The notes under the pieces: generated by a model | What the model saw: only the letters and a program-made list of their open reading frames with translations | What the model was told of the DNA's origin: nothing | Databases searched by the model: none | Shown here: positions 48,640 to 61,248 of the stretch, one piece after another | Numbering within the stretch: position 1 is the stretch's first letter | Layout: every line of letters starts with the position of its first letter | Program-made: the position numbers and the translations under genes | NCBI GenBank assembly: GCA_010909165.1 | Contig: MU008159.1 | Location: 62,001-126,000, forward strand | Length of the DNA: 64,000 nucleotides | Direction of reading: 5' to 3' | From: Anthoceros angustus | Lineage: Eukaryota; Plantae; Anthocerotophyta

Positions 48640-49790
48640 AGCGGTCGAAGACAAAAGACATGATGTCCTTGGTTGCTGATCACACAACACGGATCGAGGT
48701 CGATTGATTTGACCATAGTGTATTGCGGCAGGTCAGCAGTGGCTTCCATGCTTGTGGTTGTATACGGCGTATCAAGATTCGGCAAATGGCGGGGGGCGGA
48801 TGTCGCATGTGCTCCTTGCATGGCGCCATCTTGCCCTTCCAACTCGATGACCCTGCTCACCAGCGTTCACCACTCTCAAAATTAACCGTCCGTGCTTCGT
48901 CCAAAGTGCCGGAAGGGCGATGTTGAAGATACAAATCACCTACTTGAACTTTACGGCCTTTGGCTTCCATGATCCTCCTCGTGAATGCATACCTCGGTGA
49001 TCTACGTAACGTGCGATGGCCGGATTGTCCATCGCCGGGTATCACTCGTTGTAACAACTTGGCGGTTTAGTAACTCGAGCAACACTCATCCACATCTTGT
49101 GTCCGATCCCTTTGGTTTTGGAATATGTGCCGCCTGTTGGGCACTGACATTCTGCCAAACATGATATAGTAAGGATGAAGTTGCCGGTGCTAGCCGATTA
49201 CGTGGCCCGGGGCAGCGTGGTAACAACTCATCCCAACAATTGGGCTCGATCTGCATGCGTGCTTGCAGTGAATCCTTGAAAGTTTGCACCAGCCTTTCTG
49301 CTAAACCATCTGCCTAAGGATGATCCCGTGACGTGCGTCTGTGATCTATCAAACTCCGATCTAACAACGCTTGGAACTCTCCTCTGAATTCGTTTCCTTG
49401 ATCTGTCAGCACCTCTGCACAGCTTCCATATCTGCTCAAAACACACTGTAGGAAAGCTCGTGCCGTGAATTGGGAAGTTCTGACTGGAAGGATTGCCAAT
49501 TCCACCCACTTGGAGAAGTGTTCTATCATGAGCATACAATGCTTGTTGCCTTGCTTGGTCAATGGTAGCTCGGCATGAGGTCAGCGGACCATCGAAGAAA
49601 CGGACCGAATAGGCGTGCGAATGCAACACCACATCACATTGTTGAACCTTGCTTTAATCGCATCACAAGCACATCTCGACACCACTCGCTCGGCCGGAAT
49701 ACATTCCGGACCAAAAATATGCACTCTTCAGCATATGATGCGTCCTTTTACACTGCCCAAAGCAGTCTGCGCAATATCGGTGATTCTTGA
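48640..49790 (-). mobile_element. Ty3/gypsy integrase fragment (degenerate)
   Basis: Fragments GNKHCMLMIEHFSKWVE, LSRYGSCAEVLTDQGNEFRGEF and HRRTSRDHP*ADGLAERLVQTFK, with an upstream Zn-finger remnant (KRTHHMLKSAYFW). Confidence 0.85.
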
Positions 49791-49819
49791 AATGAAATTT
49801 GGGCAAAAGCGATAAACTT

Positions 49820-50470
49820 TCCCATCATCATATCCAAAAAAGATGGATGAAAACATCGGGTGGGCAAGCCCGCACCAAAGACGGGATGGAGGGGTAGGAA
49901 CCCATGGATTGAGTAGGAATGATCGAATTGGGGTAGAGATGATGACGCGCAAGTGACGGGTTTGCCGACCATAATATGGCGGGCTTGCACATTATTAATC
50001 CTCCATCGATATGAAACGAATAAACGTCAAAGACAACAACACTAAATGCCTCGAATGCACATTGGTGACGCTGTACCCGATGGTAGGCTGCCGGAAGTCA
50101 ATGAACAAGGGATATGAGTGCAGGAAGCGGCGTCCGCGCGCGCGTCATGTTTCGCAATTGCCTCGAAGGACGCCAAGGATGGCTCATATGTTTCAAATCT
50201 AAGGCCAGCCAGTTGTACGGACTGGAGTGCACGATACCGCCATGAGGGACGAAGGGAAGGAAAAGGTTGCCTACAGAGGGAGCGAAAAAATTGCAGGGGA
50301 AGGAAGGTCAACGATGCACGTAAATGGCGTGAGACTGATAGAGGTGGCCAAGGATGTCGACCGTATGCGGCCGACGAACCTACCACACCGGGAGGCGCCT
50401 ACGACGGCGCGCGATGAGACCGAGGAAGGTGGAGGGATGAGGAGGGTAGGTCGCTTGCCTATCCTCCTCA
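49820..50470 (+). repeat. Second diverged copy of the CACTA transposase 3' segment (45925-46505)
   Basis: Shared blocks gatggatgaaaacatcgggtgggc, aagtcaatgaacaagggatatgagtgc and ggaaggtggagggatgaggaggg. Confidence 0.85.
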
Positions 50471-52028
50471 TCCGCCCATCCACCTTCCGCTCAATCGGCG
50501 AGCACGGGAGGAGGCCCATCGCGCAAAGGAGGCAACAAAGCGTGAAGGAGGGAAGCACGATGGCGGGCATGTAGGTTCAGTTCGATGACGCCGAAACTTG
50601 GCACCTTCCATCCCCGACGACGATTTAATTGAGCAATGCAGCCGAGCTGCAGGACATGGACCAAGAAAGCGAAATGTGGACTGGTTAGTGTGTTGTGGCA
50701 CAGATGATATCGTGACGCCAACACATTGTAATGGTTCGATATATAGACCAGATCCGGGATGAACGCTATTTCCATGTGCATTGTGTGAATGCAGCTGGAT
50801 GCACGAAGACGATGGATGGCAAGTAGGGGGAATGGGAACTATCAAGGGAAGAGGAGAACAACACGCCACGCGGAGGGAGTTGGATGTAAGAGAGGAGGAC
50901 GAAAATGCGGGAATGCATGAAAGGTAATGCATACAGTGCAACGGACGGAGGGAGGGAGGACAGCAGAAGGACCGACTGCAGGCCCTAGAAAGGGAATGGC
51001 GGGCGGAATTTGTTGCGGTGGAGGTGTCATATCAACCGCCAAGGCGGTGGAAGGACAGGCACAATAGATGTGAATGCCCTCGTAAATGGTGTTGATAACG
51101 AGGCCTTGGTGAATGCTTTGCGCACAAGCATGGAGTGAAATGGCTGAGGAACGAATTGACAGAGTTGTGAAAGGCGCTTGGGCACCGCGGTTCTATGGGC
51201 TAAGCGAAGGAGACATAAGAAATGCCGAGCTAGTCAGACAAAGGTTGTGAACGCACTGGGTACCGACAAGGTGGAGGGACGCCCAAAAGCGTAGAAGGCC
51301 CGTTAATCATGTATAAGCCTTCCCAGTTAGTCTTTGAAGGTCAAGTCGCATAAGTAGACATTTCTCTCAAATGGCGACGCTGAATGCCGGATGTGATCTG
51401 CAAGGTGTTGGAAGAGAGGGTGGGCTATGCACTGAGCAGGGAAATAAGTAGGGTTTCGCTTTTTAGGATTGAAGGATAAATAAGTGCTAAAAGGAGGAAT
51501 AAATTGGGGTAGCGCCGGACGAGGCTCCGGAGTATACTCCGACTGGAGTGAACAACGGACCCCGCAGACCACTATGGCAAGCCCGACTACGAGTAACGGA
51601 TAAGTCCGAACCCACCTGTGTCAAAATAAGTACGCCAGGAAAGTAACCCAGGAGCGGAGGCGTGAGGATGAGGCGGCCACGGACGGCCCCGAGTGGAGGT
51701 CGGCATGCTGAGGCCAGACCGAACCTGCAGGCCGCAGGCAGTATTCACGCCCGCGCGCGCGGCGTAAGGCCGCAGGGCGAGGGTCGAGTAAGCCATGCAC
51801 TTCGCGCACGGACAACGAAGAGGCGCCTTCCGCCCAGCATTTCCACAAGCGCCAAGGAGGGAGGTGCCGCGCAGCCTCCGCATAATCCTCATAGCCCTTG
51901 CGCCCGCAATCCCGCTATCTTTTGGGCTTTTTAGAGCGCGCGCACTGCCAAGGTTGGAGCAACGAACGCGAAGGAGGAACATCGTGCCGGACTGGCCAGC
52001 CTACAAAGAACAAGAGGAGGAGAAAGCA

Positions 52029-54090
52029 ATGGCACCCAAAAGCCGACGGAAGTCTGGGAGCCATGGACCGTGGAGCGCAACATTGTGACCCGCGCTATCC
52101 GACCCGGCCGGAGGAAGCAGGGAATTGGTGGAGTGGCATCCGACGTGTTCCAAATGGTCTGGACCTTTGACAACGCTACCTAGTCCGGAGTTTGCCCAAG
52201 ATGCCGGCGATCAACAAGGAGGTCCGATCCAAGAACCTCCGGAGGACTCGAGGCGATGGACCTTGAGGTCCCGAGGATGGCCTACAACCGCCCAAGGAGG
52301 AAGAAGGGGCGTGGTGCCGAGCCCCTTAAGGCGAAGGGAAGATAGGGCCGCCGGGCCGGCTCGAACGCAGCGACAACCAACGGATGGTTGATATCCGATC
52401 CGCCGGATACGAGTAAGGGCGGTAGCCCGGATCATTGTCCATTGAACTCGCCACCAAGGTGGATCACCTTGGTGATAACTGCTGGTATTCTCGCATGCGC
52501 CCAGGGAAGAGAGCGACTGGGAAGGATTATCTTCGCCTGCCTGGGGAGGCACGCTAAGGAGCGAGAAGCCTCGCCATCGGGGTCGACCCTACACCGATTC
52601 ATGTATGGGGACATTTCGAGCTCAAGGAGGGAGAGCTTGAGCGGGCGCCCCGGGGCCGGAGGCCCCGCAAGTAGAGCGTGCAAGGGCGCCGAGGTGGGGG
52701 TCGCCCTTCAAGACCAAGCGGACTCGGAGGAGGACGATCGAGGATTCCTGACTCCATACGTCTGGAGCGAACCCCTCACCACCTGTGGAAGTTTGGGAGG
52801 CGATTCCCCTTCCTCCTTTTGGTGCCCTCCGAGCAAGACAGAGGGAGCCGATGCCGGAGGGCGGCGGCCCGCACCGGCGTAACAACAACCACGACGGCCG
52901 CCGAGCCCCGACGAACTCAACGGGAGCCAAGAGGCGGAAGACGGTGCCGCTTACCAACGCAAAGACCAAGGTGCCAGATTCTTACCCCCGCCACGAGTGG
53001 CAAGAGGTCAAGAGGCGGTAAGGAGGGCAAAGGGACGTGGCCAAGGAGCAGGAGGTCACCGCGAGCCCCCACCTCGAGCCGGCCCTGCCCCGGCTGTGAA
53101 GGGGCAAAAGAGCTTGCTCCTGACCCCTCACCTCCTCCGAGCCCTGTGAGAAAGAGGGCACAAAGGAGTTAGAGGCCAAGAGGGCCAAGAGGGTGAGACT
53201 GACCACCACTGTGACCCGAGGGTCCCGATTAGGTCCGAGAACCCCCCGACTTACTCCGGATCGGGTATGGAGGTCCTTGGCGATCGAGAATGCCGGCCCC
53301 ACTACGGACTTTGTGGGGGCCTCACTGCGGCCGTGGAAGAACACGGCGAGTCTGCTACATATGGACGGAATGCTTTGGGGTCTCGTGGTACATGAGAAGA
53401 CCTGAAGTGGAGGCCACCCGAGGAGGATGGTGGAACCCAAGAGCAAGTGAAGGCGGCCGAGGGGCAAAGGAAAGGCGGAGTCCCTCCGGATCGAGGAAGG
53501 GAAACGCCGGGTGGCGAGCGAGGCCCCGGGCCACAGATTTAAGGTTCTTCAGCGAATAAAGCAAGCTGAGGCCCAAGCGGGCGGAGGACCTTGCAGCGAA
53601 GAGGGAAGCGCAGCAGAGGCGGAAGAGGCCCGGCACAAGAGAGAGAGCTCGGACCGGGCGGAGGCGGGCCAGAGTAGGCCAAGTGGGCGAGGCCTGTAAA
53701 GGCGGCGAAGGAGCTCAAGTCGCAAGAGCGACCGGATCAGACGTGATCGAACCGTGGAGAGAGTCAGTACCGAGGCTAACTCAAGGCCGACAAAGGCGCT
53801 ATGGAGCAGTAAGGGCCAAGACGGGAGATAGAGGATCTCCGTACAAATGCAGGAGGTAGAAGGAGGCGGGATGGAGGATGAAGGACACGCCTGGAGCTAC
53901 AACCCAAGATGCGCTTGAGCAGCAGTGATTCTCAACGAGAATCCACGACTGCACGAAAGAGAAGCCTCGCCCCCTCAAGACGGAGGAAAATCGCGACTAT
54001 CCAAGGAGTTGGACGCTGCCAAGGAGCCGGAGGAAGTCCGAGGACGGAGGTATCCGACCGCCTGAGAGGGAGCGAGCTAAAGGCCGAATG
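52029..54090 (+). pseudogene. Degenerate ORF inside the LTR (plant-transposon-protein-like domain plus coiled-coil region); second copy at 61860-63860
   Basis: Frameshifted read-through from the two copies: MAPK..TEVWEPWTVERNIVTRYPDRP..DAAINKEVRSKNL..NSPPRWITLVITAGILAC..DWGRIIFACL, followed by E/R/A-rich heptad-like sequence. Confidence 0.55.
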
Positions 54091-54683
54091 AACGGGAGCG
54101 CGAGCACCGGAAGCGTAAAAGAAGCCGCCGTCCACCGAGAAAGGCGGAAGGGAACGCCGCGCTATGGCGGTAAGTCGGCGGAAAGGAAACGACGGAGCCG
54201 GAGCAGGAGCCGGGCACTGCAGAGGTGACCGAGGCCGCCTTGTAGCCTCACGTGATACGCCCGCCCACCACAACCGGGCAGAGAGGTGGCCCAACAAGCA
54301 AAGACGCCTCCCTAACACTTATGGCGGAGGGAGTATCGGTGCCCGCACACGTGGAAGAGGCACCAACAAGTCGATCTGACTTTGCCTATTACCACACCGA
54401 GCTCCTGGCGAGAAGCCTCTCGACGCCCACCGCACACGGACTCTCCTGAAGGAGATGAAGGCCACGGGGATGACAGGACCCTAGTGGCCCTGCTTGGAGA
54501 TGACGGAGCGCGGAGAGGAGCAACCGAGAGGAACGAGGGAGCGCGGATGCGATCGAGGCACCCGCACCTCACCATGGAAGGAGGGGCCAACGGGAGTCAC
54601 CGGGCGATCGGGAACATGGAGGACTTCGAGGAGAGCCACGGAGGAGTCCCGTGAGGGAGGAAACCCGGTGGAGTCTGACTTTG

Positions 54684-54800
54684 TCCGGACCTGGGAGGCC
54701 GGACCTCAAGTCCGGACCAGAATAAGTCCGGACTCAAGTCCGGACTTAATAAGTCCGGACTCAAGTCCGGACAGAAGTCCGACCCCGAGGTCCGGACCAG
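54684..54800. repeat. Tandem AAGTCCGGAC palindromic mini-repeats in the LTR
   Basis: About 7 copies of gtccggac. Confidence 0.8.
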
Positions 54801-55789
54801 AGAGACAAGGTCGGACCCAGCCCGACCTGTGAATAAGCCGACTCCTGTGAGTCGAGACAGACCTCGAGGACCGGCAAGAAGGAGGAGCCCCTTCGACTTA
54901 CGCTTAGGGGAGCCGATAGGTGGCCCCACCGGCCAAGGACCTGTGGAGGCCAGGGAGGATGACGTCGGTAACGGCGGTTGTCGACCGCCGCCAGAGCCCA
55001 ACCCCGACTGTGATTCCGGGAGAGAGGGCCCGCCACGGATCATCCGATTGGGGTACCACAACCGCTGTGACGGGGATTGACCACCCATTCCGAGGCGGGG
55101 GCCTGTGGACCTTCCCACTACAAGGGCGGAGATAGGGGAGATAGGGGTAGGCGGCGATTAGGTATACCGAGTCCACGCCGTAATAGGGGTGTAATAAAGA
55201 CGCCACCTGGGCGCAGATAAGAGGGCCGAGGTCGCCTAGTAAAGCATCTTTCTCTTGGTGTTGATGCCGCTGCCTGCACCTTTGTGAGTCTTCTTGCTAA
55301 CGTGAGTCCCGAGTCACCGAAAGGTGCACCCCGGGAGATTGATCAAGGTCCCGTGACGGACTTAACGCTGTGGTGTGCAGGAAGGGTGATCGTGACCGTG
55401 CTCCCGAGCCGCGTCCGACACCGAACGGATCGAACGCGTGAGCCGGAGGAACTCCGGAGGGTGTGTAGAGCCCGGACGAGAGGCCCGGAACGAGAGGAGG
55501 TCCGGATCACAGAACTGGGCTTTTCTAAGATCAAGAGTGTAGCGTGAGAGGAGAGAGGAAAGGATCGATGCGTGAGGATGGTGAACGATACGGACGCGAA
55601 CGGTCCTCAAACGCTTGGCCATACCGGCTCAGACGGTGAACGCAGAGTAGTTAGTATGTGTGTGGAGACCGAACGAGCGACGAAGAATCACCAAACGCGG
55701 TAACGGGCCTATCATTCTTGGGAACGGACTTCTTCCTACAACGACACGGATTGTGCGCTACCGCCATCAAGAAAAGTCCCGCCACATTT

Positions 55790-55807
55790 TGGCGCTGCTG
55801 CCGGGAA
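55790..55807 (+). other. Primer binding site (tRNA-Asp-like)
   Basis: TGGCGCTGCTGCCGGGAA resembles the Athila-type PBS TGGCGCCGTTGCCGGGGA. Confidence 0.75.
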
Positions 55808-55849
55808 TGAAATCGGTGCAAAGTGCGCCTTAGGAAGAGAAGGTAAGTG

Positions 55850-58800
55850 AATGCGTGTCGAGACGCCAAGAGTGAACTGCCGGAGGATCGGACGTGGTCA
55901 CCTGCTCTCCGAGCCGTGAGAGGAGAGACGAAACCCAAACCCAGAGAGCACCGCCGATCGAGGAGGGAGAACGTGGTCGAATTGTCGGACCAAGACGAGT
56001 ACGGGTACGAGGGACGCCAACGGAAGAAGGTAGGATGCCCCACGCCTAACCCATCGATGGCGCAGCCCATGGCCCCTACCGACCAAACAAGCGATCCATA
56101 TTCGGAGGAAGAAGGAGCGGATGCGAGACCTTTGTGGAGGACTTCATGTCCAAAGCCAACTTCAACGGAGAGGGAGCCGACGCTCATCCAGCTTTTCCAA
56201 GGGGTTCTCCGAGGACACCTCAATGGTATCGGAGAAAGTACCGACCACCGGAGAATGCCCCACCCGCGCTTGAAGCTTTGAAAATGCCTTCTTAGAACGG
56301 TTTCGAGGGATCACCGTGAGGGGTATGTATTATCAAAGTTTCGAGGGAAGAAGGAGAAGCCGGGCTCAGACATCGAGCGGTTCTATGCCCGAGGATCGGC
56401 ATCCAACCCATACCACGATGCAAGCGACGGTGGTTCGCGGCCGGTCTAGCCAAACCCATGGCTGTGCACGCCCCGGCCGAGAAGGACGTGGGCAAGGCGT
56501 CGAGCGCCGAAAACTACGAGGAATCGCTACATCGAGGATAAAGAACCGCCAAGGAGGCAAGAAGAAGAAGAAGAAACGGGTTCGACTCGAGGAGGAAGAG
56601 TCTGAGGAGGAGGAAGACCAATGAGGTGTCTTCGAGGAGGAGCGTCCAAGAAGAGACGAGGTCTCTAGCGAGGAAGAGTATCCCGCAAGAAGAAGAGCAA
56701 GAAGGCCCCGCCAAAAAGAAGGTGGTAAGAAGGAGGTGGTGACACCAGACCGTCCGAGAAGCTCCACCGGACCCGACTCCTCAAGGAGGTAGCAGTCCGG
56801 AGGACCGGAAAAGTGATAAAGAGAGTAGAGGACCGCGATAAACTGTTAAGGACCGAGCGCGGAAAACACCGACTACGGCGAACGTGATTGTGCCGCCAAG
56901 AACCATTCGAAGTCCAACCGCCTCAAGGCCGGCATCAAGTGGACTACGAATACGAGGAGGAGGCCGAGGAGCAATGGGAAGAGGCCTATCGTGCATGTGA
57001 AGCCCCTCCGGGCCGCGATATCCCAAAACCATGTATCCGCCAACCGGAGGTCCGTCAATACAACGGGCCCCACCGATGCAAAGACCGCATGGGAGCCCTT
57101 CGTATCCTCCGACGGCCGTGGTCTGCTGGAACTGCGGAATCTCGCCATTACTCCAACGCGTGTCCGCACTCCAACGAGGTGGTAATGGGGACTTCGAGCT
57201 GTGGTGGCGATCGCAAGCCGGGCATATGACAGTGCAAGACGCTATGTCCCAACCTCAAGGACGGTACGATATGCCACACCAAGCGGAGAACCCGACCACC
57301 AACGCCACCTCCTAAGACTGTACTGCACGGCAAGTCAAGATGCTCTGGCGGAGGAAGAGATTCCCAGGTACGCGAGATGGAAAAGAACAAGAAGGTACTG
57401 GGGTGTCGAAAGGAAGGAGTCGGAGTGGAAATCTTGAGGTGTCTACTCAGAAAGGAAGGAGCGACGAGAAAGGCGCCATTGAAGAAGAACAAGATCGAGG
57501 AAGCCACGACGCCGAGGAAGGCAATCAAACCAAATACCAGCAGAGGATCCGAATGAAGGAGGGCGGACGCAGCTCACGGAGGGATTACCCAAGGAAGTTC
57601 TCCCAGATGTGGAAGGAACGGTGCCTCCGCGACGACGTTAGCTTCCACCGGACGTAGTCCGGAGGTGACGAGATGTTGCAGGAGGAAATGCGCAAGCATC
57701 CGGAGAATACCGTAAGTGACCGGGAGAGGATGAGGACGCAGCAGGATCCTCGATTGGGGTAGAAGCCTCGCCTTTAATGTGGCGACTGATGATGAATCGC
57801 CAGACCTTGTGTCCTTTCGAACCCGAGGATAACCGGCAAGAGGTCCGTCCGTTAGGGGAAACCCAGCGGAGCACCAAAGCCGGGTGAAGGTGTGAAGTGA
57901 GTGGTGTCCCATACGACCTGTGCGTACAAGTGGAGATTGGATGTATCATCAAGGATGTACTGCTGGACACGGGTCCGAGTCAACCTCATCACCGACCAGA
58001 CGAAAATTGGGCTTCACATCCTTCAACCTCAACGAAGACTCGAATGGCGTATATGTCAAGAAGAGATCCGGGGAGTTAACCGAGTCTTGGCCACCATAGC
58101 GCGGCACCCTACAAACCGGATTTTGTTGTGATCAAACCGCCGGACCATTAGGGTATGAGGTGTTGGGCCCATGGCGGGGTTGGCCTGCACGCTACACTTT
58201 GGAAGGAAGGAGATTCACTGCCGGTGGACCGACCCAAAAGAAGGGAGGTTGCTATCACCGGAGCAAGGACACCTATTGTGGGGAAACCGTGAGCACTACA
58301 AGGGTATACCTCATGGAGGACTCCAATCTAACAAGATAGTTCCGAGGAGGCGACTTTCGCCAAGATCCGCCGGTCCGAGGAGGAGATGGACTACATGGAT
58401 GCCTTTGGCGGAAGTGGTTGATTGTTTTGAGTAAACGCCACAACGGGCCGGAGGAAGGAAGTGAAGAGGAGGTCGGACCAAAGACAAGGGGAGACAACAA
58501 GAGTCGGACCAAGGAAAAGCGACATCAAGGAGTAACACGATTCACCTCCGACGAGCTCTTCAGAGAATGGGGATGCGAGAGGACGATCCCGAGAGGAGGA
58601 CGAGGGGTTTGACGCATGAGGCAGACGGAACGGAGACGTGAACCCGGACGACGTGGAAGAAGTGGAGGTCCGCCAGCAAATTCTCAAGTTTAAGAAAGGC
58701 ATGCCTCCGGACCAAGGAAGGACTAAAGCCGGGGAGTTTTATGAGGTGTTCGCCTTCAAGGTCACGGACATGAAGGGCATTCAAGAAGTGGGAGAGCATA

Positions 58801-61215
58801 AGATCGATTTGAAGCCGGAGCCACCGAATCCGACAATACAAGCTCAACCCCAAGTATTCGATCAAGGTGAAGGAGGTCCTTGATAAGTACCGGAGGCAGA
58901 CATCATTTTCCCCATCGTCAATAAAGTGGGTCGCTACATTGTGGTTCCCAAGAAACAACCAGACAAATTCGGTATGCCAAGATTGAGGAAGCTCAACGCC
59001 GAACGAGAAGGACCACTTCCGATGCCATTCAGAGACGACATTTTGGACAAGGTGGTCGGACGGACTACTTACTCCTTCCGGATGGCTACCGGATATAACC
59101 AATTGCACCTAAGGGAGTTTGACCGGGACAAGACGACCTTCACTACGAGTGGGGTTGCTTTGCCTACAAGAGAAGTGCCTTTGGGATGACCGAGCGCTGT
59201 GGTCGCTCATGCGTATGGTGACCAACGCCTTCCGTGACTCGAGGGACTTCATGGAGATATTCCCGGATGATTTTGTGTGCATGGGGAGCAGGACAAACAC
59301 CTTGGGCACATCTAAGAAGGTGCTTGAGCGCCGGAGACTCAATTGAGCCTACACCGAGAAATGCTACTTTGGAATGACGAGGGAATCTTGTCGTGCCGGG
59401 GAATCGAGGTGGACCAGACAAGGTCCGGTCATCCGCCTCCACCACGACAACCTAAAGGAGCCGAGAGGTTTCGGAATGGTGGGATACTACCGGTTTATTA
59501 AGGACTTTGCAAGAGGGCTAAGTTGATGTAATCATGGAAGGAGGAGGTTTGGACCGTCACGAGCGAGAGGAGGCCTTCGGATTTATAACACCTTGGTAAG
59601 CGACCTTCTAAGAGGACCGGATCGAGCAGAAATTTCATGTATGTAGATGTCCGCTTTGCTATGAGTAGTGCCGAGCCGTAAGGACGAAGCGGGATTATCC
59701 GTATACTACCGGACGAGCTCACCCACGCGAACGAAAATACACAACTAAAAGCACGGGTATGGTATATGTCAAGAAATTCGACACTACCTACTACCCAAAG
59801 GAGTTTGTGTTCTATGTAGACCACTTTGCGTCAAGCATCCGGTGAATAAGACGGACCGTCCGACGGACAGCAAGGTGGATATTGTTGCCGCAGGAGTTCA
59901 CGACGTCAAGTGGAAACAAGACAAGGAGGCAAGACCAAAATGCATTTCGTCACGATTGAAAACAGAGTGTGTTGAGAGATCGTGAAGATGCGCTTGGATG
60001 AGACATTGGTTGCCGCAGAAAGTACAACCGAGGAGCCCACCGACCGAACCCCAAGCTACGAACTGGCACTTAGCGGAGAAGGGAGGTCCGCCGCCGTCCG
60101 ACCCACGAAGAAATAGAGCGGTACTGGGAATGGAGCTCAAAATCGACTGTGATGAGGGAGGCATTCGTGCACTATGCTCGACCCTTCGTAATGTACAACG
60201 GTGTGTGTTCAAATTAGGGCCGGAGAGTAGAACGAAGGTACTTGCAACCGCAGAGACAGGAGCTAAAGGGAATGCACGAAGGATTGGGGTGGACACTAGT
60301 CACCACCAAAAGATTTGAAGCGGATACCGGTGGCCAACAATGTATGGGGACACCCACCGCTTAGGAAGAAGTGTGATGCTTGTCACCGGATCTAAAGCCA
60401 ACCCCGACGACCGCTAGTACCGATATTGGCACCGCACCTTCAAAAAGTGGGGTATTGACTTTGTTGGACCTATACACACGACAAGACACACACAAAGGAG
60501 ATACATCCCGTGGCAACGGACCATCGCACTGTGGGTAGAGGCGTGGCGACAAGAACGGACTAAATACCGTGGCCAAATTCTGACGAGAACATCATAACCC
60601 GACGGATGTCCGCCGCTTGGTAAGTGATAGGGGAACCCATTTCCTTAATGATGTGGTGGCCGCCATGAGTATTTCGCATCAATCATCGCAAGACGGCACC
60701 CTACAATCCTAAGGCCAATGGGTCGACAGAGAAGACAAATGGGCTCATCTGCAGGATCGAATAAACTCAACTACGCCCATGACTGGATACCAAGTCGCCA
60801 TCCGCACTGTATGCCCGACAGCAGAAGGTGACCACACAACGGACCCTTACTTGACCTACTGACACTCCCGTAATGCCGGAGTTTGAAGTGCCCACTTTTC
60901 GAGTAATGATGGAAGGAGATCGATAAGAGGAAAGCCACCGAGCGACTCTTGGGGTTTGACAGAGGATGGAAGAAGCTCACAAGATGCACAGGTGCAAAAC
61001 CAAAAGATTTGGCACGATCGCCGATCGCGAATCGAGTATGTAAAGGAAGGGACCGCCTCCTTTATGATAGTCGACATGCATTTGTGCAAACTTCACCGAG
61101 ATGGATGGGTCCGTACAAGTGGTGCAAGTATATGACAACGGGTCCGGCCCACCACGGCCTAGATGGAGAGTCGCTGCCCACTCAAACGGGTGGGTGAAGA
61201 AGTATCATGCTTAGT
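55850..61215 (+). pseudogene. gag-pol of the gypsy element, heavily frameshifted
   Basis: gag (IQLFQGVLRG), Zn knuckle (CWNCG..HYSNACP), protease (KDVLLDTG), RT (MPFRDDILDKVVG..GYNQL..DKTTFT; MEIFPDDF) and integrase (SDRGTHFLN; YNPKANG). Confidence 0.88.
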
Positions 61216-61232
61216 GTTGGCGAGACGCCAAC

Positions 61233-61246
61233 AGATGAGAAGGGAG
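61233..61246 (+). other. Polypurine tract
   Basis: AGATGAGAAGGGAG directly before the TG start of the 3' LTR. Confidence 0.7.
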
Positions 61247-61248
61247 TA

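Larger units (their letters stand above)
35400..51100. mobile_element. Degenerate CACTA (En/Spm) transposon complex; termini not located
   Basis: Tnp2 transposase on + (43150-46150), acidic accessory ORF remnants on - (35500-38500), internal duplications and a palindrome array. Confidence 0.65.
51419..55786 (+). repeat. 5' LTR (~4.4 kb)
   Basis: 51419-54225 matches 61249-64000. It ends ...gccaCA immediately before the PBS; the part beyond 54225 is inferred from the PBS position. Confidence 0.75.

Noticed and set aside
31000-51400. CACTA terminal inverted repeats and TSD
   Set aside because: No convincing CACTA...TAGTG pair found by eye, so element boundaries are left approximate.
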